The notes: a model not told the origin generated them from the letters alone. Numbered from the stretch's first letter, positions 38,731 through 48,452 are shown. The stretch: 64,000 nt of DNA from an uncultured Clostridia bacterium (GCA_934621505.1 CAKTUU010000003.1:18580-82579), one strand, 5' to 3'. Numbers and translations: made by a program.

Positions 38731-39987
38731 TTACGGACGGTACTTGGCCGCAAAAGCCTTCATGGCCTTCTGGAAGCACTCCATGGGCACGCGGGCCATG
38801 CCCGCGCCGATCAGGCCGCCCTGATAGTTGAACATGCCGCCGTGAATGGCGGGCAGCACGCCGGTTTTCAGCACCAGGCGGATGTCGATTCCCGCAGGCA
38901 GGCAGTCAAAATCCAGATTGGGAATCACATAATTGGGGTTGTGGGTGATGCAGATTTTTTCCATTTCCCGGGTCTGGTTGATGGAATCCTGCAAGCTCAT
39001 GCCCCGCAGGTTGCACACGATGGGGCTGGCGGCGGCGGCGGTGCCGCCCATACCGGCGCACTCCACCACGCAGCTGTCGCCCAGCCAGGGCAGCTGGTCC
39101 TTGATGGTGTATTTGGTGGAGGTATACCGGCCCTCCATCATGGGCGCCTTGGCAGTAAACCACTGTCCGGGCAGGGAGGCAATTTTGATACCGTATTCCA
39201 CGCCGTTGCCCGCCATGGCGGTTACCATGGTAGAGTACTCAATGCCATCGGCGGCAATGGCGGCGGCGCGGCTGGCGCCCTGGCCGTAACAGTGGAAGAA
39301 ACGGGGCGTTTCCACGATATACTTGACCGTGCGCATGATCTGCTCCTTGGGCAGGTCCAGTTCAAACAGCTGGGGCAGCACAATCTTGTCAAACAGCAGG
39401 TCGGCGGCCGTCTGGCGGGTGTGGTTTTCGTCCCCCATCTGCATGGCTTCCGCCAGAATGGGCTTGGTGGGAATACCGCCGTTCTTGGCCAGCATTTCCC
39501 GCATGGGCGGGAACAGTTCCTCCCGCATGTAGCGCAGGTTCTCGGCGATTTCCGGGCTGTACAGGCCCCAGCCGCAGAAGCCGCCCTGGAAGGGGCCTTC
39601 TGCCGGGAAGGTGGCGGCGGTGGTGCCGTTGCGCCGGTCCTCGGTCACAATCATGGCCACGGACTTGGTAATGATGCCGGTGCCCGCGCCTACCGTGTTG
39701 TGGTTCAGAGCGGAATCAATTTTGATTTCGCCGGACTTGAGGATTTCCACCGCTTCCTTATCGTCCCTGGCCCAGCCTTCAAACAGCATAGCGCTGACCA
39801 TGCCCCGCTGGTGCAGCATGACCATATCGTCGTAGTCAATGGGCGGGCCGGAATGCAGGATCATATGATCCTCCAGACCCTCCACACATTCCCCGGCGGG
39901 CTTGATGTCCACCCAGACCGGGTTGTTATCCGTCAAACACGCGGCCGCTTTCTGGTTGGCTTCCGCGATTTTCTGCTTGATATCCAT
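38731..39987 (-). CDS. DUF1116 family protein (YlbE/AllG-like)
   Basis: 418 aa. RBS AGGAGG. Assignment rests on size plus conserved synteny with FdrA, not on a recognised motif. Confidence 0.6.
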   Translation of the reverse strand: MDIKQKIAEANQKAAACLTDNNPVWVDIKPAGECVEGLEDHMILHSGPPIDYDDMVMLHQRGMVSAMLFEGWARDDKEAVEILKSGEIKIDSALNHNTVGAGTGIITKSVAMIVTEDRRNGTTAATFPAEGPFQGGFCGWGLYSPEIAENLRYMREELFPPMREMLAKNGGIPTKPILAEAMQMGDENHTRQTAADLLFDKIVLPQLFELDLPKEQIMRTVKYIVETPRFFHCYGQGASRAAAIAADGIEYSTMVTAMAGNGVEYGIKIASLPGQWFTAKAPMMEGRYTSTKYTIKDQLPWLGDSCVVECAGMGGTAAAASPIVCNLRGMSLQDSINQTREMEKICITHNPNYVIPNLDFDCLPAGIDIRLVLKTGVLPAIHGGMFNYQGGLIGAGMARVPMECFQKAMKAFAAKYRP

Positions 39988-40002
39988 GGTAGCCCTTCCT
40001 CC

Positions 40003-40164
40003 TTACAGGAATTCGTCCAGCAGCTCGTCAATTTCCTCGCTCTGCTTATAAGGCGGCACCCATTCAATCTGGGTGCAGGTGCAGTCCTGCGCTTCCAGCG
40101 CGTTATAGAACAGCATGATGCCCAAATTGGCAACCGCGGGTTTTTCCTTGTAAATACCGTCCAT
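40003..40164 (-). CDS. small conserved-looking ORF (53 aa) between FdrA-like and DUF1116 genes
   Basis: Start MDGIYKEKP with strong RBS GGAGG at ~7-nt spacing. Sits exactly in the 180-bp gap between the two genes. Acidic C-terminus EEIDELLDEFL. Confidence 0.4.
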   Translation of the reverse strand: MDGIYKEKPAVANLGIMLFYNALEAQDCTCTQIEWVPPYKQSEEIDELLDEFL

Positions 40165-40166
40165 GC

Positions 40167-41678
40167 TTACGCCTCCAATGCCTGACAGATCTTGGCGCAC
40201 AGGCGGGCGCTTTCATAGTTGCTGTCGGCCACAACCACGCCCGCGTCGCGCAGCGTCTGCTGAATCTTCGCCTTGTTTTGAGGGTCGCCCTCGCCGCCGC
40301 ACACCGCGCAGACATACACGATATCCGGGCGCTGCTTCATATAGGGAATATAGCAGCTGGCAGGGTCCGGCGCAACGCCGGGTCCCAGAATGATATCCAT
40401 GGCAATCAGGCCCACGGTGGGATCCGCCTGCTCCTGACGGAAGCGGGCAAGGCGCTGGGCGGGATCAAACACGGTATGGGGCGCTTCGGCGGTGAAGTCC
40501 AGGTCGCCCATGTCCAGCAGGGTATGCATTTCGCTCTGCTTATGGGTTTTCAGCCGCTTGGCGTACTTGGTGTTATCCCGGTTGGTGTGCATTTCAATTT
40601 CGGGAGCCACGCTGCGGAAGGTCATCAGGGTTTCCTCGGCAAAGGTGCCGCCGGTATACAGGCCGCGGAACCATTTCTTTTCGCCGGTAAACAGGGCGGC
40701 CTTTTCCCGTGCCAGAGCGTTGACCTCATCCTCGGTCCAGCCGATTTTGGGTTCCTGACCGGTTACAATGCGCACGCAGGCCCTGGCGGCTTCCTCCAGG
40801 TTATACGCGCCGGTTACCTTGTGGCCGCGGTACAGTTCCTCGTCCGCGCCCAGGAATACGGCTACCACAGGCTTGTGCAGCTGATCCGCCTCGCACAAAA
40901 CCTCCTCCATGATTTCACGGTCCGCTAGCATGGATACCAGACAGATCAGCTTGGTATCGTCGTCCCGGTCCAGACGCTTCATATCCGCCTTCATGGACAC
41001 GCCGCCCACCGTCTTTTTCAGGTCGCGCCCGCCGGTGCCCAGCACACAGGTAACGCCGCTGCCCATGGTCTCAATCAGGCAGGCCACCTCCTGGCTGCCG
41101 GAGCCGGAAGCGCCGATCACGCCCACAGGGCCAAACCGCACAATGCTGCCAGCCGCCATCGCCACGCCGCCAAGCAGGCCCACGCCAGCATCGGGGCCCA
41201 TCATCAGCCGGCCGTGGTCCCGGGCGTATTCCTTCAGTTCCCGTTCTTCCTCCAGCGAAACGTCGGCGGTGAACATGAACACGTCCATGCCCTTGTCGAT
41301 GGCCTTTTTGGCCTCCTTCACCGCGTACTGACCCGGCAGGGAAATCTGCACCACGTCAAAGGAGCCGGGCTCCAGCTCATCCACATCCCGGTACACCCGC
41401 TTGTGCTTTCCGCCGCCGCTGGACAGGGCCTCCACACCCGCCTGATACGCCTTGTTCAGCAGGTCCTCGCTTTGCGCGTCAATAGCCAGCATCAGGTCGT
41501 TTTTGGTGGTTTCGGCAGGTACGTCATAGCCTTCTTCCGCCAGCAAATCCATGTTCTGTTTGGTTCCCATGCCGCATTCCGCGCCGTCCACGCCCTCCAG
41601 GTCCGTCAGCTTGATGCCGACGCCCATCAGGGTTACGGAGTCCATATAACGGTTGGGAAGAATGAATACCTTTTTCAT
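40167..41678 (-). CDS. FdrA-like protein (succinyl-CoA synthetase alpha-like CoA-binding/ligase fold; AllF-like)
   Basis: 503 aa. Family-typical N-terminal motif MKKVFILPNRYMDSVTLM (the FxDSV motif of FdrA). GASGSGSQEVACL and GTGGRD motifs. Confidence 0.8.
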   Translation of the reverse strand: MKKVFILPNRYMDSVTLMGVGIKLTDLEGVDGAECGMGTKQNMDLLAEEGYDVPAETTKNDLMLAIDAQSEDLLNKAYQAGVEALSSGGGKHKRVYRDVDELEPGSFDVVQISLPGQYAVKEAKKAIDKGMDVFMFTADVSLEEERELKEYARDHGRLMMGPDAGVGLLGGVAMAAGSIVRFGPVGVIGASGSGSQEVACLIETMGSGVTCVLGTGGRDLKKTVGGVSMKADMKRLDRDDDTKLICLVSMLADREIMEEVLCEADQLHKPVVAVFLGADEELYRGHKVTGAYNLEEAARACVRIVTGQEPKIGWTEDEVNALAREKAALFTGEKKWFRGLYTGGTFAEETLMTFRSVAPEIEMHTNRDNTKYAKRLKTHKQSEMHTLLDMGDLDFTAEAPHTVFDPAQRLARFRQEQADPTVGLIAMDIILGPGVAPDPASCYIPYMKQRPDIVYVCAVCGGEGDPQNKAKIQQTLRDAGVVVADSNYESARLCAKICQALEA

Positions 41679-41682
41679 TCCT

Positions 41683-43254
41683 TTATATACTCTCCCTTTT
41701 TGCTTCTATGCCGCCCTCGCCTTTTTGAAAGGTCAGCCGGTAAGGGGGCCTGGCCGCGTCCGGGTAATCGCTGCGGGTATGACAGCCCAGCGTATCCCGG
41801 CGAGCCAGCGCGGCCTTGGCGGTAAGCAAAGCCGCAATCAAATCATTTTCCAGACGATATCGCTGGAACGCCTCCTGAGCGTCAGCGCCATGCAGGGTCA
41901 TTGCCTGCTCCAGACAGTCCTGCAAAACAGCCGTACATTCCGCCAGACTCTGCTCCTGACGCACAGCGCCCACGCCCGCCGCCAAAGCCTGCCGCATCCG
42001 CTGGCGCAGCAGGGTCAGCTGAGGCGCGCAGCTTTCGCTGTCATAGGGCATTTTTTCCACCGCTTCTTCCCCGGGTTCGGCGGCGCTTCGGGCGTAAGCC
42101 GCCGCGCTGATTCCGGCGCGCCTGCCAAACACCAGCGTTTCCAGCCCGGCGTTTCCGCCGATGCGGTTGGCCCCGTGCAGGCCGCCCACCACTTCGCCGC
42201 AGGCAAACAGGCCCGGCAGCGTGGTGCGGCACTGGTCGTCAATGCACACGCCTCCCAGAGAGGTGTGGGGCGCGGGGCCCAATTCAATCCACTGGGCCGC
42301 CAGATCGATGCCCACATTGCGGTAGCGTTCCACATACATGGCATAGCCGGTTTCCAGCCGTTCACGTCCCACGCCGGTTGCGTCAAAGTACACGCCGCCA
42401 TGGGGGGTGCCACGGCCCGCGGCTACCTCCGCGGCGATGCGCCGGGCCATCACGTCCTTGCCCACCCGTTCGCCCTCGGGGCCGTAGCGCAGCATAAAAC
42501 GTTCGCCGTCCTTGTTGCGCAGCACTGCTCCCTCAAACAGCAGGGTGGTAATCACGCTGGTGCCAATTAAGGCTTCCGGCCACACGGCGGCGCTGGGTTC
42601 AAACTGGATAAATTCCATATCGCACAGCTTTGCCCCGGCGTTCCAGGCCATGCCAATGCCATCGCCGCCGGAATCCCGCTTGTTGGTGGATACGGGAAAA
42701 ATGCCGCAATACCCGCCGCAGGCCAAAATAACGGCCTTTGCCTGCACCGTCAGCCACTGACCCGTCTTCTGGTTATAGGCCAGCGCGCCTGTGGCGCGGC
42801 CATCCCGGGTCAGCAGGCGCACGGCGCGCACGCCGGGCATATCCTGCACACGGCCTTCCAGTTCCCGATGCAGAGCCTTCAGCACTTCCACACCGGTTTC
42901 GTTGCCAATGGAGGCAACCCGGGGGTGACTGGCTCCCAGCGGCCGCAGCAGCTGATACCCATCCCCTTCCCGATTGAAGGAAAGCCCCATCTGGCGCAGG
43001 CTGTCGAACACCGGCCTCGCGTCCTGACAAAGAGCCCTGGCCAGAGCCGGGGTGCTGAGTCCCTGACCGCTTTGCAGCGTGTCCTGTAAAAAACATTCGG
43101 GAGAATCATCCGGGTGCACAGGCGCGTTAAACCCGTGCACCCAGGGAGACGCTCCCTGTCCATCCTCCATCAGGCAGACGGTCAGCCCGGCGGCCGCGCA
43201 TTCCCGCGCGGCCATCCAGCCGGCCAGACCGCCGCCAATGATCAAGCAATCCAT
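41683..43254 (-). CDS. FAD-binding flavoprotein of the FrdA/SdhA/NadB family
   Basis: N-terminal motif DCLIIGGGLAGWMAAREC. Family-typical internal motifs (AKAVILACGGY, capping-domain region). 523 aa. Confidence 0.75.
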   Translation of the reverse strand: MDCLIIGGGLAGWMAARECAAAGLTVCLMEDGQGASPWVHGFNAPVHPDDSPECFLQDTLQSGQGLSTPALARALCQDARPVFDSLRQMGLSFNREGDGYQLLRPLGASHPRVASIGNETGVEVLKALHRELEGRVQDMPGVRAVRLLTRDGRATGALAYNQKTGQWLTVQAKAVILACGGYCGIFPVSTNKRDSGGDGIGMAWNAGAKLCDMEFIQFEPSAAVWPEALIGTSVITTLLFEGAVLRNKDGERFMLRYGPEGERVGKDVMARRIAAEVAAGRGTPHGGVYFDATGVGRERLETGYAMYVERYRNVGIDLAAQWIELGPAPHTSLGGVCIDDQCRTTLPGLFACGEVVGGLHGANRIGGNAGLETLVFGRRAGISAAAYARSAAEPGEEAVEKMPYDSESCAPQLTLLRQRMRQALAAGVGAVRQEQSLAECTAVLQDCLEQAMTLHGADAQEAFQRYRLENDLIAALLTAKAALARRDTLGCHTRSDYPDAARPPYRLTFQKGEGGIEAKRESI

Positions 43255-43255
43255 C

Positions 43256-44929
43256 TTACACTTCCCAGATGCCGCCCTTGGCCATGGAACCCACGTTCTT
43301 GGAGAACAGGCGCAGATAGCGCTGGTAGTCCTTGCCGGGGAATTCCCACTTGAACGCGGCGATACGGGCCTTCAGTTCCTCGTCGGAGATGCACAGTTCA
43401 ATCTTACGGTTGGGAATATCGATGGCGATTTCATCGCCGTCCTTGACCACTGCCAGGGGGCTGCACAGAGCGGCTTCGGGGCTGACATAGCCGACGCTCA
43501 GGCCGCTGGTGCCGCCGGAGAAGCGGCCGTCGGTGATGATGGCGCAGGAATTGTACAGCGCAGGCTTGCCCTTCAGTTCCTCCTGGAAGGTAAAGGCGGT
43601 GGTGCCGAAGCGGCCCTTCAGTCCCATAAAGCGCAGCACGCAGGCGTCGCCTTCCTGAATCTGACCGGAACGCAGCGCGTCCAGGCCTTCCTGCAGGGAG
43701 TTAAACACCTTGGCCTTGCCCTTGTAAGTCATCAGCTGCTGGGGCACAGCGGCAATCTTGATGATGGAGCCTTCGGGAGCCAGGTTGCCGTACAGCACGC
43801 CCAGGCCGGGCTCGGTCATCACGGGGTTATCCAGAGTGCGGATCACGTCGTCGTTATAAATCACGGCGTTTTCCACGTTCTCACGAACGGTATGGCCGTT
43901 GACGGTCATGCAGTCGCCGTTCAGGCGGGGCAGCAGGTTCTTCATCAGGGCGGGCATACCGCCGGCCAGGTCAAAGTCCTTGACGGAGTATTCGCCGCCG
44001 GGCATCAGGTGGCTCAGCAGAGGCACGGTGTTGCTCATTTCGTCAAACACCTTCCACCAGGGCTCGTCGTAACCGGCTTCCTGGGCGATGGCGGGCAGGT
44101 GCAGAATCAGGTTGGAGGAACCGGCCACAGCCATGTCCACAGCGATGGCGTTGCGGATGGATTCGGGGGTGATGATCTGCCGGGCGGTAATGCCTTCGCG
44201 CACCATTTCCATAATGCGCTTGCCGGCGCGGAACGCCAGGTTGCGAATTTCGCTGGACACGGCGCTCATGGAGGAGTTGCCGGGCAGGGTCATGCCCATG
44301 GCCTCGGCCATCATGCACATGGAGTTGGCGGTGGTCATGGAGGTGCAGCCGCCGCAAATGCCCCAGCTGTGCTGAATCAGGCCATGATACAGATCGGGAT
44401 CAATTTTGCCCTCGGCCATAGCGCCCACCTTGTCCTGAGCGCGGATGTGCACCACTTCCTTGCCGCGGAAGGTGCCCAGCGGCATGTAACCGCCGGTAAC
44501 CACAATGGCGGGAATGTCCAGGCGGGCGCAGCCCATCAGGTGGCCGGGCACGATGGAGTCGCAGGTGGACAGCAACACCATGCCGTCAAAGAAGTTGCCG
44601 TCTACGGTCAGTTCCACCTGGTCGGCGATGGAGTTGCGGGAGGGAACCTCAATGTATTTGGGATCCTTCAGCACCATGCCGTCGCAAATGGCGGTGGTCA
44701 TCACTTCCAGCGGCAGGCCGCCCGCCTCGCGGATGCCCTGCTTTACACGCTCGGCCAGTTGATTCAGGTGTACGTGGCCGGGGTTATATTCGTTCCAGGA
44801 GTCCACAACGGCAATCAGGGGCCGGTTCAGTTCTTCCTCGGTATAGCCCATGCCCAGCATCAGTCCGCGGCGGCACTCGGCAGCCTCGCCAAATTCCCAG
44901 CAGCTACGCATTTCTTCATACTTTTTCAT
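43256..44929 (-). CDS. IlvD/EDD-family dehydratase (sugar-acid / dihydroxy-acid dehydratase)
   Basis: 557 aa. RBS AGGAGG. Family-typical motifs (CDGMVLKD-like region, GGCTSMTTANSM, SGGTSGLSVGYVSPEAA). Confidence 0.85.
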   Translation of the reverse strand: MKKYEEMRSCWEFGEAAECRRGLMLGMGYTEEELNRPLIAVVDSWNEYNPGHVHLNQLAERVKQGIREAGGLPLEVMTTAICDGMVLKDPKYIEVPSRNSIADQVELTVDGNFFDGMVLLSTCDSIVPGHLMGCARLDIPAIVVTGGYMPLGTFRGKEVVHIRAQDKVGAMAEGKIDPDLYHGLIQHSWGICGGCTSMTTANSMCMMAEAMGMTLPGNSSMSAVSSEIRNLAFRAGKRIMEMVREGITARQIITPESIRNAIAVDMAVAGSSNLILHLPAIAQEAGYDEPWWKVFDEMSNTVPLLSHLMPGGEYSVKDFDLAGGMPALMKNLLPRLNGDCMTVNGHTVRENVENAVIYNDDVIRTLDNPVMTEPGLGVLYGNLAPEGSIIKIAAVPQQLMTYKGKAKVFNSLQEGLDALRSGQIQEGDACVLRFMGLKGRFGTTAFTFQEELKGKPALYNSCAIITDGRFSGGTSGLSVGYVSPEAALCSPLAVVKDGDEIAIDIPNRKIELCISDEELKARIAAFKWEFPGKDYQRYLRLFSKNVGSMAKGGIWEV

Positions 44930-44961
44930 GTTGTTTTTCCTCCTTGCGTCATTCAGCCAAA

Positions 44962-45753
44962 TTAAAATTCATCCTCAAGCATACAGTCAATCGCGCCGTC
45001 GATGGTCTGACCGCCGTCAATGAAAATGGTCTGACCCACGATAAACCGGCTCTTTTCCTTATCCGCCAGGAACAGCACCATGGGCACGATGTCCTCGGGC
45101 TGGCCGCCGTGACCGATGGGAATTTTCCGGTTGAAGCCCTCGATATCCCGGTCGGAATAACGGCTCATGATCTTGGTATACACCAGGCCGGGGGCGATGG
45201 CGTTTACGTTGATGCCGTACTTGATCAATTCCACGCCGATGGACTTGGTAAACATATTCAAACCGGCCTTGCCGGCGGAATACGGCAGCGCCTTGCGCTT
45301 TACCCAGGTAACCAGGCTGTGGACGGAGGAAATATTGATGATTGCGCCGTGAACGCCCTTCTCCACCATATCCCTGGCCGCCACATGGGAGCAGTAGGCG
45401 GCGGAGTTCAAATTCAGGTTGATCTGGCTGTCCCAGTATTCCATGGGCATATCCACAAAACCGCCCTTGGGCATTTTCAGCGCGCCGCCCGCGTTGTTCA
45501 CCAGCACGTCGATTTTGCCAAAGTGATCGATAAAGGCGTTCAGCATGGCCTCGCAGTCCTCGCGCTTGGACACGTCCGCCTTGTAAACCTGAGCGTCCGC
45601 GCCCAGCGCACGGCACTTTTCCGCCACTTCCATGGCGCCGTCCGGAGAATTGCAGTAGTTGATGCCCACGTCATAGCCTTCCTTGGCGAAGGCCTCCGCG
45701 CAGGCAGCGCCGATTCCATGGGAGGAACCCGTAATGAGAACCGATTTTTTCAT
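44962..45753 (-). CDS. SDR-family short-chain dehydrogenase/reductase
   Basis: TGSSHGIG cofactor motif, NNAG, catalytic YxxxK (YSAGKAG). RBS AAGGAG. Confidence 0.85.
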   Translation of the reverse strand: MKKSVLITGSSHGIGAACAEAFAKEGYDVGINYCNSPDGAMEVAEKCRALGADAQVYKADVSKREDCEAMLNAFIDHFGKIDVLVNNAGGALKMPKGGFVDMPMEYWDSQINLNLNSAAYCSHVAARDMVEKGVHGAIINISSVHSLVTWVKRKALPYSAGKAGLNMFTKSIGVELIKYGINVNAIAPGLVYTKIMSRYSDRDIEGFNRKIPIGHGGQPEDIVPMVLFLADKEKSRFIVGQTIFIDGGQTIDGAIDCMLEDEF

Positions 45754-46625
45754 TTTGCATACTCCTTTTTCATGTATTCCGTAACGGTGTATAACGGAAG
45801 GAAAAGGTATGCCGGTTCCTTCCCGCCAACTTCGCGAATCAACGCCCGGGCGATTTCCGCCGGGTCGGTAACCCCGGCCGCCATCATGCCGTGCACAAAG
45901 CCCTCGTCATGCTTGGCGCAGGCCAGACAGGCCTCCAGATATTTCCGGGACGCCTCCGGACCGATAGCGTCCGCCCCCAGGGGCAGATACGGGTGGCCGC
46001 AGACGATGTTGCAAATGGGCATTTCCAGTAGGCGGCGCAGTGTCTTTTCATAGCCCTGCGCGTCCATCAGCAAAGCGCAGCCCTGGGATACCGTGCCGTT
46101 CAGCTGAAGGGAATCGCCGGTAATCAGGGTCATGGTTCGCTCGTCCAGGTAGCAGCACGCGTCCGTATCATGGCCCGGGGTGTGCAAAAGCCGCAGATCC
46201 CCCAGCTTTCCGCCGTCGGTCAGCAGCAAATCCGGCTTTACCCCATCCAGAACGGCGGGAGCCGCCGGGCTATATTGGGGAAACGTGGCCCGAATGGCCT
46301 TGGAATACTTGAGGGGGTCCAGCATGCGGTCTCTGGAGTCCACATACACGGCCACCTTCATTTGGGGGTTCAGTTCCTTCAGCCGGGCGCAGCCGCCCAC
46401 ATGGTCGCCATGGATATGGGTTATGGCCATCCAGTGGATATCTTTGGGGGTAAGCCCCAGCTGGGTCAACGCGGGCACGATATCGCTGTCCACGGTTTCA
46501 GCGCAGCCGCCGGTATCCACAAGGATATTTTCCCGTCCTGTTACCAGGGTGGCTCCGGCCCAGCATCCTGGAAAAGTCACCGCAAGACGATATACGTCAG
46601 GCGCAAGACGTATGAATGATTCCAT
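45750..46625 (-). CDS. MBL-fold metallo-hydrolase
   Basis: Start trimmed to MESFIRL, which has RBS AGGAGG. HxHxDH motif (HIHGDHVGG) and a downstream His ligand (HTPGHD). Confidence 0.75.
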   Translation of the reverse strand: MESFIRLAPDVYRLAVTFPGCWAGATLVTGRENILVDTGGCAETVDSDIVPALTQLGLTPKDIHWMAITHIHGDHVGGCARLKELNPQMKVAVYVDSRDRMLDPLKYSKAIRATFPQYSPAAPAVLDGVKPDLLLTDGGKLGDLRLLHTPGHDTDACCYLDERTMTLITGDSLQLNGTVSQGCALLMDAQGYEKTLRRLLEMPICNIVCGHPYLPLGADAIGPEASRKYLEACLACAKHDEGFVHGMMAAGVTDPAEIARALIREVGGKEPAYLFLPLYTVTEYMKKEYAK

Positions 46626-46816
46626 CAGTCGGTCAACCTCCTGAGACTTTTTATCCGTACACACATTATATCCTTGCCCCGATAACAGGCTCAACGCCAA
46701 AGCGGGCCACAGGCTTTTTCCATAATTCGTCTTGCTTTTTTTGAAAAAAGAGTATAATATATTTAGCCATATTTTGCGACCGGCCCTGCAGGGCTGTTGA
46801 AAGGAGGCGCCGCCCG

Positions 46817-47950
46817 ATGCGCGACCAGATGATTCCTGTGTTTGTAGACGAAAAATCCGCTTCTTCCTCGCAGTACGCCAATACCATTCAGGGCATTCGC
46901 ACGGCGGCGGCCCGGTGCAATATGCGCCTGAGGCTGATCAGCGACGCCCGCTTTGACGAAACGGATTTTGAAACCCTGCCCGGGGTAGCCATTGTAACGG
47001 GCGTAAGCATGCCCTTTATTCAAAAGGCCATCGCCCGGCTGCGATCCCACGGCAGGTACGCGGTTTTGGCCGGTACGGATTCCGAGCAGTTTGGTCACGA
47101 CGTGTCCTGCGCCACCCCATCCCGCCGCACGGAAACCCAGCAGCTGGTTAACTACCTATATAATTGCGGAAAGCGGCGCATCGCCCTGGTGGGCTTTGGC
47201 CGCCGGTCCATCAACGATAACTTTCGCTACCACGCCGCCATGAGCGCCGTGGCCGCCTGGGGCAATTTGCTCAAGGACGAGGACGTGTGGCTGTGGGAGC
47301 AGGACCCCAGCGAGAGCTTTGAGCAGTTTTTGCAGGTACACAGCCGCTACGACGCGGCCATTTGCCCCAATGACGTCATCGCCGTATGGCTGGTGGATTT
47401 TTTGCAAAAAAACGGCACTCGCGTACCGGACGACCTGTTTGTGGCCTCCTTTGGCAACATGGCCATCGGGCGGTATCACATCCCGTCCATTACCAGCATG
47501 ACCATGGATATGCTGGTGGTGGGCGAGCAGGCCTTTAACGTATGGCGTTTTTTAATGAAGAACGACAAATCCCAGCAGACCGCTTTGAAAATGACCGTGC
47601 CCAGCCGCCTGCTGATTCGCCAAAGCACCGCCAACACCTGCATTGAAGCGGGCGAGGGCGCTGTGGCCCCCACCCTGCAGGATCACTTTTACCACAACCC
47701 CACCATCGCCCTGCTGGTGGGCATTGAAAACTGCATCAACCAGCGGGATGAAACCGACCTGCGCATTATGCGGGGCATGATGGACGGCAAAAGCTACGAG
47801 CAGATTTCCGATGAGCTGTTCATCAGCGGCAGTACCCTGCGTTACCGGCTGAACAAAATCTTCGCCGATATTGGCGCGCACAACCGTCAGGAGTTTGAAA
47901 CCATTATTCGTACCTATCTGGGAAACGGCAATCCTTTTCGACAAAGCTGA
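46817..47950 (+). CDS. transcriptional regulator: periplasmic-binding-protein-like sugar-sensor domain fused to a C-terminal LuxR/GerE HTH
   Basis: RBS AAGGAGG. N-terminal LacI-effector-like fold. C-terminal motif MRGMMDGKSYEQISDELFISGSTLRYRLNKIF is typical of LuxR-type HTH. Confidence 0.65.
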   Translation: MRDQMIPVFVDEKSASSSQYANTIQGIRTAAARCNMRLRLISDARFDETDFETLPGVAIVTGVSMPFIQKAIARLRSHGRYAVLAGTDSEQFGHDVSCATPSRRTETQQLVNYLYNCGKRRIALVGFGRRSINDNFRYHAAMSAVAAWGNLLKDEDVWLWEQDPSESFEQFLQVHSRYDAAICPNDVIAVWLVDFLQKNGTRVPDDLFVASFGNMAIGRYHIPSITSMTMDMLVVGEQAFNVWRFLMKNDKSQQTALKMTVPSRLLIRQSTANTCIEAGEGAVAPTLQDHFYHNPTIALLVGIENCINQRDETDLRIMRGMMDGKSYEQISDELFISGSTLRYRLNKIFADIGAHNRQEFETIIRTYLGNGNPFRQS

Positions 47951-47954
47951 ATAC

Positions 47955-47993
47955 GGCAGGACGGGCCGCAATAAAACTGCGGCCCGTCCTGCC
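47955..47993. terminator. bidirectional hairpin terminator
   Basis: ggcaggacgggccgc-aataaaact-gcggcccgtcctgcc perfect 15-bp stem between convergent genes. Confidence 0.6.
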
Positions 47994-47996
47994 AGT

Positions 47997-48452
47997 TTAT
48001 TTCATCGCGTCCAGCGCGTCCTGCACGGTGCGCCGCAGAATTTCCTGCTCGTCGGCGGTCAGCGTTTCGCCACGCCACTGCTTTTCCCTGGCCTGACGGT
48101 ACAGGGAAAAGCGTTCCATATCCAGCTTTTCCACACAGTCGTCCGGCGTGTCCAGGTTGCCGGTGCGGTAGGTCATGCATTTTAAATAATGAAAGGTAAA
48201 GGCGTATAAGTCCACCGGGCCCAGGCTGTTTTTCAGCCGCAGGGTATCCTGGTAGCAAAAGGCCAGCACATCCGCGGTTTGCTCATCGCTCAGCCGCAGC
48301 CGCCGGGTGTAGGCGTGCACAAACATTTTTACATCGCAGTAATGCACATAATCATGCAGGCGAATATAGGGCAAATCCCGCCGGGCGGTGGCCTGGGCGT
48401 TTAACTGTTCAACGGTCTGGTTCAGCTGCTCATAGCGTTCAAAAAGTTCCAT
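47997..48452 (-). CDS. hypothetical protein (151 aa)
   Basis: Strong RBS AGGAGG. No recognised domain. Coding-like composition. Confidence 0.5.
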   Translation of the reverse strand: MELFERYEQLNQTVEQLNAQATARRDLPYIRLHDYVHYCDVKMFVHAYTRRLRLSDEQTADVLAFCYQDTLRLKNSLGPVDLYAFTFHYLKCMTYRTGNLDTPDDCVEKLDMERFSLYRQAREKQWRGETLTADEQEILRRTVQDALDAMK

